A DNA stretch of 63,933 nucleotides, the filler included, from Choristocarpus tenellus KU-1152 (taxonomy: Eukaryota > Protista > Phaeophyceae): assembly GCA_964200185.2 (NCBI GenBank). It is 12 parts of 12 records of this genome, joined end to end, with 100 filler letters (N's around TTAATTAATTAA, not from the genome) between each part and the next. Parts side by side here need not be neighbours in the genome. Positions count along the whole stretch, not along the records: positions 1 to 9,527 come from CAXNAD020003604.1; positions 9,628 to 16,916 come from CAXNAD020006400.1; 10 more parts are not named here. One strand, 5' to 3'. Below are positions 1-11,007 of this stretch, piece by piece. Under the pieces are notes generated by a model. That model was given only the letters and a program-made list of their open reading frames with translations, did no database searches and was not told the origin of the DNA. Made by a program: the position numbers and the translations under genes. Position 1 is the first letter of the stretch; each line of letters opens with the position of its first letter.

Positions 1-69
1 CAAAAAATGCGACATAAAAAAATTGACCCCAAATAGACAACCGCCACCCCCTCCCAGATACTTTGAGCC
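1..69 (-). mobile_element. MITE family A, partial (cut by window start)
   Basis: Ends in cccagatactttgagcc; reverse complement of the left part of 935-1115. Confidence 0.85.
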
Positions 70-319
70 TCAAGGGGTTTTTCGCTCAACAGGTACGATA
101 AAGAAAGTATATGAAAAAGGAACCGAGATTTTCATACCCTTCTTTTTCAAAAATCCGTTGGTGTAATCCAAGGGTTCACATTCTTTTGCTCGATTCTCAG
201 CAAGAACTTGGCACACTATGAGGTCCTTTGCTGTTGAAGTAGGAGGACTTTCCTTGTACTTCTTTTTGTGGCTTGTCTGTAGCAGTCCCTGCTGTATTGT
301 CATCCTCGTCGAGATCATC

Positions 320-414
320 ATGTTAGGGCATTAGTAAACCCCTATGTCTACCTAGCAGGTAGTCAGGCTGACTACCTGCTAGGTAGACACAGGGGTTTAC
401 TAGTGTTCTAACAT
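320..414. repeat. Near-perfect inverted repeat (47-bp arms, 1-nt loop)
   Basis: atgttagggcattagtaaacccctatgtctacctagcaggtagtcag-g-ctgactacctgctaggtagacacaggggtttactagtgttctaacat. There are 4 non-Watson-Crick positions, 3 of them G:U-compatible on the + strand. Confidence 0.95.
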
Positions 415-934
415 ATCATGAAGAGAGTAAAAGTTGGTCTCCTCGGGCATGTAGCTGGATACGATGAAGTTGCCCGTCACCAGCGCAATACACCTATGTT
501 TGGTATACTTGTCCTTGATCCTCTCGATCATTTCCCGCTTTTAAACCCCATGGTGAGCACGGAGGGCCAGTCGGCAGGAGAGAGACTACACAGCATGACA
601 CGATGTTGGACAATTATTTGTGTGTGTAGTGGGGAGTGATGGGAGGATAAAAGATGTAAATCAAGTGGTCAAACGTGGTGGGGTGAATTTAATACAGTTA
701 CCTACTTGTAGTGTGTCCGTTGCAAACTTGGAAAGGGAATTGAGGTTTGCTTGTAACGTTGTGCCTGCATTCACCTTGATCTCTTCGTGCGAAATTCCTT
801 TCCAGTTCACTCTCCACAATGAGTGTATATGTGCTGATGAACTCATTTCAGGTTATCGTAACAGACTGTGAGTCCAGCATGTGAGGTCACTTCCCAGATG
901 GGGTGTTCCTTGGAGTAAGCAGTCGCACACTCCA

Positions 935-1115
935 GGCTCAAAGTATCTGGGAGGGGGTAGCGGCTGTCCATTTGGGGTCAATTTTTTCATATCACTATTT
1001 TTGTCTGATTTGGTTGCCATACGTCGGATGGATAATTCAAATGCACTTTTCCCGATTTTGGTTCAAATGGACACCCTCGTGTAGACCCCCCCCACTCCCC
1101 CAGATACTTTGGGTC
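935..1115 (+). mobile_element. MITE family A (~180 bp), full copy
   Basis: TIRs GGCTCAAAGTATCTGGG / CCCAGATACTTTGGGTC, 4-bp TSD TCCA (931-934, 1116-1119), at least 9 related copies in the window. Confidence 0.92.
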
Positions 1116-4100
1116 TCCACATCCAAGCTCTCTATACCAAAGGGCTCAATAAGGAGTTACAGGACATCAGGTAAGTAGGAGAGAGGAGAAGCATTTCTGG
1201 TGGTTGTCAACTCACAAGAGGAAGTTCATCATGTTGTAAAAACTCTCTTAGGGCAGTCTTGATCTAGCGACTATTTGGCGTGGCCCCCATTTCATCCGAC
1301 CACCTGTTTATGGTGCTCGTGTTATATAATTCAGTCCCTTGGCGGCCATCTTCATTGTCACTTGATGCACTGTGAATGACCGATTATCTGAGTTGATACT
1401 ACGTATTGCAGCCATTTTGGTTGGTGCAAGCTCTGAAGCCCGCCCACTACATGTCACCACCCCTAGGTCAAGCGTGTAGCCACGGGCGAGCTGATTGGCA
1501 ACGCCCTCCCAGAGCCCTCGCATCTAGCACTCGGACACTCCAAACTCCATTGCGAGGGCTGGCCCAACGTGTCGCAGCAGTTTATGTTCATCAGGGAGCA
1601 TCGTGAGGGCATGCCGCACTGCAAGTGCAACCCTGGTATTCAGGGATACTTGGGTACCCTTCCTATGCGGGGGGGTCAACAGGGGGCTTGCCATGCCAAC
1701 ATTCTGACCTCGACATGCCCAGTTCTGGCCTCAAAATCACTCCAAAAGACCCCCTACTTTGACGTATTGAAGCACCTTGAGTTTGTACCTGACGATCCTT
1801 GACCCCCACCTACTAAGAAAGCTGAGATTGTCAGTCCGATTTCATTCTATGGGGTTACCGTCCGATTCGGCGCCGTTCTCGCTCAGCGAGTCCAGATGTT
1901 TCACGGCACAAACTTATGTCACAGAAGTGGTATTTATTTCTCTTGTCTTACAGGTGATTGATCGCAAAGACGCAGGCATAGATACAAAGTGTATTACTTC
2001 TTTCTTCCTTCAAATATTTCCAGAATGCATGATGACAAAGGATTTTTTAAGTTTCAAAATTGTCCGCATCATCACTTCACTCACTTGTCCCAACAGTCAC
2101 ACGTCATTTCATTTTGTTTCAAGCGCCCTTAAGTAGTAGTAGACGATACTTAATGTACTTGGTGTGTTGCATGAGCTATAGTCGTAGTAGTTCTACCCAA
2201 CCTATAAACAAGAGCTGGCAGACTGGGGTCGCTTGGTAGGCCACTGGAAGTTGGGTATCTATGCACTAATGCCACCTTAGACAGCGGGAGTGAGATCACT
2301 CTGAGTAAGCGCTAATACATGTAACAATAGCAAGAAGAGTGATAAAGATTCTATCGAAACACAATTCAGAACATTAAATTAATGAGTAGGCATGACTGTC
2401 TGGGACGGATGCAAAACTTTCTAGGCACTCTCAAATAGTGTTAATATTTGGAAAGGGAGATTCAGTGGGCAGTCACTCACTTATCTAGAAAAAAAATCCA
2501 CAGTAAGAAATCGGAGGCGGGCAGAGTAGTGCGGATTAGTGTAATACTATACTGTTCCCCGAGAGGCACAACAGACTCCAAATATACTGTCAATATTTAA
2601 TACTTTTATGCAGTACTCCCCACAATAAAGCAGAACCCTACTATCAACACCAGCTGAAAAGGGGGTAGACTCCCTGTTTATTACTATGTTCCTGTTCATC
2701 GTGTTCTACTTCTCAGAACATGTCAGTAAGCGTACCTTTTGTTGCCCTGCACTGGTTTCAACCAGGAATGGCTTGGATGGTCAAAATAAATACGCCATCC
2801 TCTCTATGTTTCAAGTTTCACAAATAGCACAATGTACTACTACTGTAAACTCTGCCCACTTAAGTGGATGAGCTTCGTATCTTCGTTTTCGATGATCAAG
2901 TCAGTGAGTGTGGCAACCACCATAAATTGTACACCTGTCCATAAATTCCTTAGTACCACAACACAAAGAATAAGGGAAAACTGAAAGTAGGGTGGAATGC
3001 TTCCTTGTAGATCAATCCTCTTCTTAGCAAAGGTGACGAATACTAAGTAAGATTGGTCCGAGGAGGCAAGAGTAATTTGTGGTGAAATGACTGAACCAAA
3101 TGAGTCAAATGCAAGGAAATGCAAAGGGCAGAACAATTAATGGAATACGAGATGATTTACAGAAAAAAAGCTCATACCATGCGTCTTCAGGTTGGAAGAG
3201 TCCCCAGGCTAAAGTGAAAATAACAATGAGAATAAAGTCAAGTGCAACTGTAAGACATTATCAGTGTGGTAAAAACATCCAATTTGCAGGCAATATACTA
3301 AAATACAGAATGGAGTAGGAAAATAAACTGAAAATGAAAAACACTATAAAGTTCACAAATGATATCCTGTAACAAATATGTTGAATACTTGTAAGTACAA
3401 GGATTCAATCCATTCGAAGTCTTTGTTGGGAGCAGACCCACACAACAGTCTAATACCTACGAGTGCTTGTACCAATGATGTGGTCATTCCATGCTAGATG
3501 ACAAAAAATGGCAGTATCAAGCAAAGCATGGCCCAATCTGACACTTGTTTTAGATCGCCCAATCTTCAGGAATGAAGACTGAGCTGTGTAACGATCATTA
3601 GTGAGGCAGTTTTTGAGAAAAATTTAACAAATCAAAAAACATCAATATTCACATGAAAGGCTTCACTTCAATTCAACTGGTTTGATTCTCGCACACCTGC
3701 ACAATCTTTTTCATCTTTGATGCGTCATCTTCTTGCGCCCTGCTTATGCTATTTGTTGATTTCATGAAAATATTGAGTCAAAGCAATTTGTACACAGCAA
3801 ACCTTGCTCATCTGCAATCTACAACAATGCAATAAGCTCCACTTGCAAGTAACTACATGTAACACCTAACATGTCAATCAAGTCAGGTGACTCTTCTCGA
3901 ATTCACACACTGTGAGTTCAATTTGGTCTTAAACAAGCATAAATTTGTTAAAACACGATAGTAGTAGGCGCTTTCCACACACACTTGCCTTCAGTTGATA
4001 AAAAGAGAACCAAAACAAGGAGTTTTCCATACATGAAGAGGCAATTGAACCTACTCTACATCCAAATTAATCTTACCTTTCCGTAAGCTTCGTTTCATCC

Positions 4101-5086
4101 TACTGTAAGAGTACTTTGCGAATACAAAAAACTACATTGAGACAGATAAAATGCGTTTGGAACCCAACTCAGCTGATCAGTGAATCTGTTCAGCTACTGA
4201 GCACCACTTACGAAGTTTGTATCTCGGTGTGTACTTTAGTGCTATAATTAAAGAGTTGGAAAAAAAACTGTTTAAACACACATGACATGGCTCACCTCTC
4301 TCTGATATCAAGATTATGCATTCTATTCTTGTGCAAAACTAGTTTATGTTAAGAAACAACCAGTTTGTGGAAGAGAAGAGTTTGTAGTGTGAAGGTCAAG
4401 AGATAAGTATGGGTTAATGAACTAGAATATGGAAGAGTTGAGTAAGAACCACTGTAGCAAGCAATGCAAAATTCGTGATCACAGAATAAGATAGGTTTGG
4501 CAGTGAGGACACTCCCCCCCTGAGTTCAAAGGCTCACTACTCGTTTCATCTTAATTCATCTACAACCCATCTATCCCATGAAGGAATTAATTAAGTCATA
4601 TACATACAATTCTTGAGAAAAATTAGGTTCTTAAACACTTTTGTAGTTGGTAATGGGATCAGTACAAAATAGGAGACAAGCAAAAATAGAAACTCATGTA
4701 ACTCAGGTGTTATTACCCAAAATCAGCTAGGGAAAATGTAACAAAGCATACAAAAAACAACTTGGCAGAAATCAAATAACAATATAATCCTAGTACCATG
4801 CAAGTTGCAGGACAGAATATGCGGGAAGCTTTCGATAGAATGTTCACATGCTAGTGAAGGAGGCATGCTCTCAAAAAAAGCTGTTGCATTGTTTTCTTGA
4901 ATATATTTGTTTACAGAAGAATATCTGGTCGGGTCTTATTCTATCCTTGCCACACGCTTTTTAAGTGCCCTCTTGAAGAGCTACACAGGTAGCAGAGAGA
5001 TGGAAAAAATTGCCAACAGAAGCCCAGTAAACAAACTCAACCCAAAAACAGGACAGATACGGCTCCTCCCATCTACAGGACTGCTC

Positions 5087-7600
5087 TTAGAACTTCATCT
5101 CATGGGGCCTGTCTCCATTCTTGAGAGAGAACCTGGCAATGAGATATGCTTTGAGCATTGGCTCCGCAGTAATTGCCTTCAACAGTCCAGCGTCCACAGT
5201 TTTCTGGTCAGCCTTGCGCTGGTCAGATACCATGGACACCTGGAGAGAAATCAAAAACAGAAAGTTTGAATGGAATGGGAAGGGGGTAAGATGACTTGTG
5301 AAACGCGCCCACTCCGTAGAGCACCGTCTGTCGGTGGTGCCGGAGTGGGGCGTAGAAGAGACAAGGTTTAAGAGCGAATCAGTTGATGTCCAATATATTT
5401 GGAATACAACCTTGCTCATGTGTAGGAAGGTGAATCGCAGGCTCTTTTCACTTTACAATTGCTATTCAGCTACAAAAAAAAGTGTATGGAACGAGTGCCT
5501 CACCAAATGTTCTACTATTTACAGTACATCATGCACTATGTTGCAAATTACAATTTTTTCAAGTCAATAAATGATTTCCCTCTTCAGAGCTCACCTTCGA
5601 GTCCTGAGCAAAGAACTTGTCCTCATCCCCCTTTTTCTCTGCTTCCACACGTGCAAAGTACGAGTCGTCAATTTCCGGAATAGTGACACCCTCAAGGCTT
5701 ACCTTTACCGAGGTACCAATCACGTATGCCTGGTTTACCCGACGCAGGGGCACCCCATTGATCTTGTAGGGACCTGTGTAGGGGGAAACAGAGGGGGATC
5801 ACCGAGAGCTTGAGGGAAATTGTATCGCTGCATCTCGAGGTTGGATTTCCCCTCAACTTGACACAGAGGGGTGGGGATACATAGCACATATCTATGTTGT
5901 GTGAAGGATTTCACCTCAGTTCTCATAAGCATTTCGCATCCATCGGCTTCATCAACTGCCAGTCAAATCAAGTCAAGGACTCTACTTGGGGGAGAGTGAC
6001 CCCCACCATTGAGGCATGCATCTACCCCCAGCTGAGACAACCTGTCTTTACTGGCGAAGCCTCATGCGCTTATTTTTCATCACAGGAAAAATAAAAATGA
6101 TCACGTAGGGTCTAGAGATAAGTGGAATAAAATTTATCAAGCACTATTACTGTTTTGCTCTTCTCATGCTGTACTAATAATAAAACCTTTTCCAGCCTCC
6201 ACAAAAAAATCTTCTACCAACTATGCTATACCTAAGTGTCTTCCTGTTCCTCTTTTCTCATCACCATTTCTACAACTAATGCCTCCAAGAACTGGTCACA
6301 CCTGACTGAGACACTTTCAGAAGAAAGGGCACCACTATTATTGAGGCATGCGACCCCCCCTTACAAGATTAGGCCATCAACTTCCTTGTCATACGGAACT
6401 TTCCACACAAGAATCAACATTTAGAGTGCGAAAACTACTAATCCCTGTACAATACCATCAATAGCTTCTCTGCAAAAACGGGTCTTTCTGTTTCATAACA
6501 AGAAAGTTTTTTCCTAAGAATATGTACTGCCTTTCATGTCAGCTGATCTAGTCTACAAAAGAAAATATCACAACCATTTTGCTTCACTAGACGTTTTCCC
6601 TCAGTTCTCATAAGCATTTTCGCATCCATCGGCTTCATCAACTGCTGGTCGGATTCGGCCAAGACCGGTACAGAGGAAGGGGCACCCCCACCACTGGGGC
6701 ATACAGCTTCCTAAGGCGGGACTGAGCTAATAAGACCAGCGAAACCTCAAGCGCTTGATTTTCGTCATTGGGAGCTCGTCTCGAGGTATTCTTGACACTC
6801 ATAAAACCTCAGTTTACACTATCACAAAATCAAAATATTTGAAGGGAGCCTGTTTGACCAATAAGCATCCACAATACTGTCTGCCTAAGCCTTGTTTAAG
6901 GCTTCCCGTTCCACTCATCGTTCCAAGCTCAACTCGATCGGTTGATCCATTTTTGAAATAATACTTGAAAGTACGTCTGAATTCATTCGGGCAAAGAAAA
7001 GATCAGTGAGATCCGATCAATGAACTACAATTGCTATCCGAGTAGATCATGCCAAGAAGTGCAGGCAAAATCTCATACGAGGTATACTGCAAGAGAATAC
7101 CAAACCACAGGTCAACTTCTGGAATGTAATCCACGCCCGACATCCTTGACTGGTGGTATGTAGTCCATTAAACTCACCAGTGACGAGAAGAGTTCCAGAG
7201 CCGAGCTGCTTAAGGAATACCACTCTCTTGCCCCTAAAGCGTCCGGAGAGGAGGATTAGAATGGTTCCAGGTGTGATGGTGCTGCGGAGCTTTGTGGGAT
7301 TCGACTTCTGAGTCACCTTCACCTTCTTGACATCATCCGCTGAATACCATTTAGGGCCCTTGGTAACCTTGACAGTGGGTGCCTGAAACCTCAGACCGCG
7401 AGGGAGAGAACGGGTAGTTGTGAGTTCAAGAGGACACGCACCATCCACAAACATATTCCACTCACCCAGTACCTCACCACAAGACTTGAGTTAATCTTCC
7501 CAATCGTTAACTAAATGTATATACAATTGATAGAGAAACGCCAATTGATCACGCTATCTTTGAGACTCACCACTGCACCCGTGGTCTCAGCTTTTGTCAT
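5087..7600 (-). CDS. RPL6: 60S ribosomal protein L6 (eL6), 4 exons, 188 aa
   Basis: Exons 7571-7600, 7178-7382, 5595-5773 and 5087-5239, all GT..AG and phase-consistent (567 nt). Translation [103 protein letters not shown] carries the canonical eL6 motifs. Confidence 0.97.
5909..6090 (-). ncRNA. Intronic box C/D snoRNA/scaRNA, copy 1 (candidate tRNA-Met C34 guide)
   Basis: Lies in RPL6 intron 2 on the sense strand. Box C GTGATGA (6077-6083), box D CTGA (5916-5919), short terminal stem, D'-like ATGA and C'-like TTGATGA flanking a GCCAGT/ACTGGC stem. Paralog at 6596-6774. Confidence 0.8.
6596..6774 (-). ncRNA. Intronic box C/D snoRNA/scaRNA, copy 2 (candidate tRNA-Met C34 guide)
   Basis: Box C ATGACGA (6762-6768), box D CTGA (6601-6604), TCCC/GGGA terminal stem, GCTGGTC/GACCAGC internal stem. 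The 3' ~45 nt are nearly identical to copy 1. Confidence 0.8.
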
Positions 7601-8279
7601 GATGTCTGGGAAGAGCACTACTGTGACCACTAACCACCATTCACCCTATCATCACAAAATCTCGCGCGCTGTGCACGAGATTAGCATCAATGCGCGATGA
7701 ACGAACATCCTATCCCATCATGTTCATTTTGTATTTCAACCAAGGAAAAACAATAATGGAAAGGGAACCAACTCGATAATATCGCGATAAATCGGAAATT
7801 ACGAATCCATTTCAGAGTGTGGTAGGTAGGTTCTTAATGACACGTTGTGTCATAGTGGGTCCTTTTAGCAAACCCAAAGTTCTCTCAGCCATCAAATCTG
7901 TTTGAAGTTTGAATGGAATCTCGGATCCGATGGGTGACTTCACAATCTTGTGACCGTCGGCAAGCGGTCTGAGAATTCTCAAGAGTTCTTCTCTGTATTT
8001 GACGTGGATGTTGATGTGAACATCACCAATGACAGAAATGAGGGTGCAATGCACTTGTGCGTACACACGGATGTGGATTGGACTGAGATCACTTCCCAAC
8101 GGGACCTGTCCGTCATATTACCCCCATCCCAGTGTGTGCTCTGTCTGCACACGAGAAAAAAAACGGCTGGTGAGCACAGGCAGTCCCTTGGGAGAACAGA
8201 GAATGAATCATCTGGGGCATCCCAAGAATGTTCATTTAGCCAATTTGGAGGAGTTCCTTGAGGATCATTTTGGGTATCC

Positions 8280-8563
8280 GAGCCAAAGTAGCTTAGAGGG
8301 TAGAGCCAAAGTAGCTTAGAGGGTAGAGCCGCATCCATATGGAGGTTCGTATCTAATGTTGCGATGTTCGATGTAATTTTTGGCTATCGTGTTTATTAAG
8401 AAGTGTCAATATCTATGTTTCGGACACATCTTTTCATAACGTACACATCTTACCTACTCCTAAACATTTTGGAGTAGGAAAATGTCATTAAAAAAACTAT
8501 GGGAACCCAAGCCCAAAATGGACAAACAGGGCAAAACTCGTACCCTCTAAGATACTTTCACTC
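8280..8563 (+). mobile_element. MITE family B (~260 bp), full copy with duplicated left terminus
   Basis: TIR GAGCCAAAGTA(G)CTTAGAGGGTA present twice in tandem / TACCCTCTAAGATACTTTCACTC, TSD ATCC (8276-8279, 8564-8567). Confidence 0.9.
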
Positions 8564-9199
8564 ATCCCATAGATGTCAATGCCAATTTTGAGTTCCTTGA
8601 AAGGTCGTCCTCAACAAGGTTAGAACCCCAAAGTTGTTGATGGTGGAAAACATATTAGTATACCTTCAATCACCTGGGGTTACGTTATATATCCCAGGAA
8701 TTTTGGTACCAAAAAAGATTGCTTGGGTCATTATGATGATCAAGCTAGAATGCCTCGCCTAGTTTAATTGTAAATGGGAAAATATTGTCCCCTATTCTTG
8801 GTTATGGGTTGCGCTAGCCCGTGACAGATGTCCCAAGAGGGACCACACTGAGTCAGAGGGTTTTGAAGGAATTGGATCAGTACTTAACTTTTATGGGTGG
8901 ATCATTACCTTGAATTATTACCTTGCTTTCCTGGAAGCGACTGTTCATATATCTTGTCTCGTCAAGAAAGGGTTGTCCACTTCCACTCCGAAGAATATGT
9001 GTATACTGTCTAATCCTTCAGTTTGAAAGTGAAAATTCGTGGTGTTCTCACCGTCAGGTATTGTTGTTAGTAACCCTAATATCCGGAGTTCTGGAGTGAT
9101 GAGGTCGAGTTTTCTTCCAATTCCAATATTTTGGACTAAGTGGAGCAGAGACCATGTGCCTGCCTATAAGGAACACAGTCACCTCCCATTGGGTAAGCT

Positions 9200-9243
<44 letters not shown>

Positions 9244-9458
9244 CTTAAGGTGCCAAACCATTGAGAGGGCCGAGGGATCCCAATATTTTTCTGCTAAGGC
9301 AAAGGTTTCAAAACAATAAATGACAATTCCGAGTATTCACATCAATTACTCATTTTGCAGATAGGGTGAAATCAAGCTTGGAGATGAAAGAAGAGGTGCA
9401 TGGGGATCTTCTTACATTCGAAACTCGACAAAAAAGGGATAAGACCCTGACCACCCCA

Positions 9459-9527
9459 GGCTCAAAGTATCTGGGAGGGGATGGCGGCTGTCCATTTGGG
9501 GTCAATTTTTTCATGTCGCGATTTTTG
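9459..9527 (+). mobile_element. MITE family A, partial at contig end
   Basis: ggctcaaagtatctgggaggggatggcggctgtccatttggggtc runs into the N gap. Confidence 0.85.
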
Positions 9528-9627
9528 NNNNNNNNNNNNNNNNNNNNNNNNNNNNNNNNNNNNNNNNNNNNTTAATTAATTAANNNNNNNNNNNNNNNNN
9601 NNNNNNNNNNNNNNNNNNNNNNNNNNN
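9528..9627. other. Artificial contig linker N44-TTAATTAATTAA-N44 (first of 11)
   Basis: The same 100-nt cassette recurs at ~16917, 23156, 26781, 30920, 34620, 41595, 44292, 49867, 52689 and 58910. Confidence 0.97.
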
Positions 9628-9930
9628 GCTTTACGAATATGACTAGCTTAACATTTTTAGCAAATAATTATTATCCCAACCAGAATGTTTAATATAATAT
9701 ATGATAAATATTTATGAGGTTTTTGAGGTACGTCAAGCGTTTCAACTTAGAGACACCAAGGGAGATGGGCAGCAAGGGCTTGACAAATTCTTGGGATTCT
9801 TTCGTAAACTGGGAGTACAGTGTGAAAAATAGTTGGTAGAGGACAATTTAACACCTACATTGGTTGGTTTAGGATAATTTTTTGGTGAAGTAGTATTTCG
9901 GTTTTGTACTACGAGTATTTTTATACCATA

Positions 9931-10274
9931 CTCCCTCTGTCCCATAAGTCTGTTCCTTGATGCATGTACCTCTTCAGGATGACCTCCGATTTGAAAACGG
10001 ATTTTTGTGTTGAATTCCTCGGAAACAGTTACGTAAGATGAGTTACATTGAAAAAAATATCCCGAAATTGTTCTGAAAATATGGAATAGAGGTTAGGTGG
10101 GCATCGACCCATAACAAGGCACTCAATTGGTGGATTGAAGGCGTCGAGTGAAAGCAAGAAATAGTAATCTACTCCAAAAATGTCAAGGAATCCAATACAA
10201 AATTCCATTTTGAAATCAGAGTTCATCCCGAAGAGTTACATGCATAAAAGAACAGACATATGGGACAGAGGGAG
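9931..10274. mobile_element. Stowaway-like (Tc1/mariner) MITE with ~95-bp inverted arms
   Basis: TA|CTCCCTCTGTCCCA ... TGGGACAGAGGGAG|TA. Termini and TA TSD match the Stowaway consensus; arms 9931-10025 and ~10183-10274 are imperfect inverted repeats. Confidence 0.85.
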
Positions 10275-10276
10275 TA

Positions 10277-10646
10277 TTACATTCCAAAACACAAAAAATG
10301 AGTAGGCTATGTTTCAATACGTTTCAGACCTTCCTATACTCTTCAAATATAACTCAACATATGTAAAATATTCCGAGGAATCCAATGCAAAATCCATTTT
10401 GAAATCGAATGTCATCCCGAAGAGGTACATGTATAAAGGAACAGACTAACCCTAACCCTAACGAGTATATTATCAATAACACAAAATATGAGTAGCCTGT
10501 GTTTCAACACCGTCCAGACCTTCCTAAGATCTTCAAATATAACTCAACTTACATAAAATATTCCGAGGAATCTAACGTAAAAAATCGGAGGACATCCCGA
10601 AGATGTATATGCATAAAGGAACATAAATATGGGACAGAGTGAGTAT
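10277..10646 (+). repeat. Two tandem ~190-bp units, each ending in a copy of the Stowaway-like right arm
   Basis: Repeated caaaa(a/t)atgagtag..ttcaaatataactcaac..ttccgaggaatc..catcccgaaga..ataaaggaaca; the last unit ends in tgggacagagtgagta. Confidence 0.85.
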
Positions 10647-11007
10647 AGTAGTAGTCTTCAAATATTAGTTGTTTATTTGGAACAGGATGCGTAGTCAATG
10701 TTTTGTTTTCTCTTTGTATTTTCTTCAATTTGTCCTATTACATTTCATATATTGTATAGAGGAAACCTAATCAATTGAAAATAGTATTGGTTCGCTTTAC
10801 TTTTATAGAATTAATTGGTTACGCCATCTTTCTAAGACCACAAATCAGACCCCAATACAAAACAATTCAAGACATTGATATATAGTCTACATCTGTACAA
10901 TATTATAATGTTATGCCCTCGTCACAATACCATTCAAAGTTTTTATGTCGTAGTTCTACTCTTGTTTTTTCTCTACCTTCTAACGCCTCAAAAATTTCAG
11001 AGATATT

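Noticed and set aside
1180-4900. Short ORFs between the MITE and the RPL6 3' end
   Set aside because: No recognisable motifs or consistent exon chain.
5925-5960. Hammerhead-ribozyme-like (UGAUGA..GAAA) or 5.8S-like words in the snoRNA 3' part
   Set aside because: The core is UUGAUGA rather than CUGANGA and stems II/III do not form. The 5.8S resemblance is only two short words. The C/D interpretation fits better.
7812-8275. Possible gene divergent from RPL6 (ankyrin-like DVNITNDRNEGAMHL)
   Set aside because: Single weak motif, upstream in-frame stop, no convincing start or splice structure.
9572-9583. Recurring TTAATTAATTAA palindrome in N runs
   Set aside because: Assembly linker with stops in all six frames; not biological. 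Adjacency across these gaps is not evidence of linkage.
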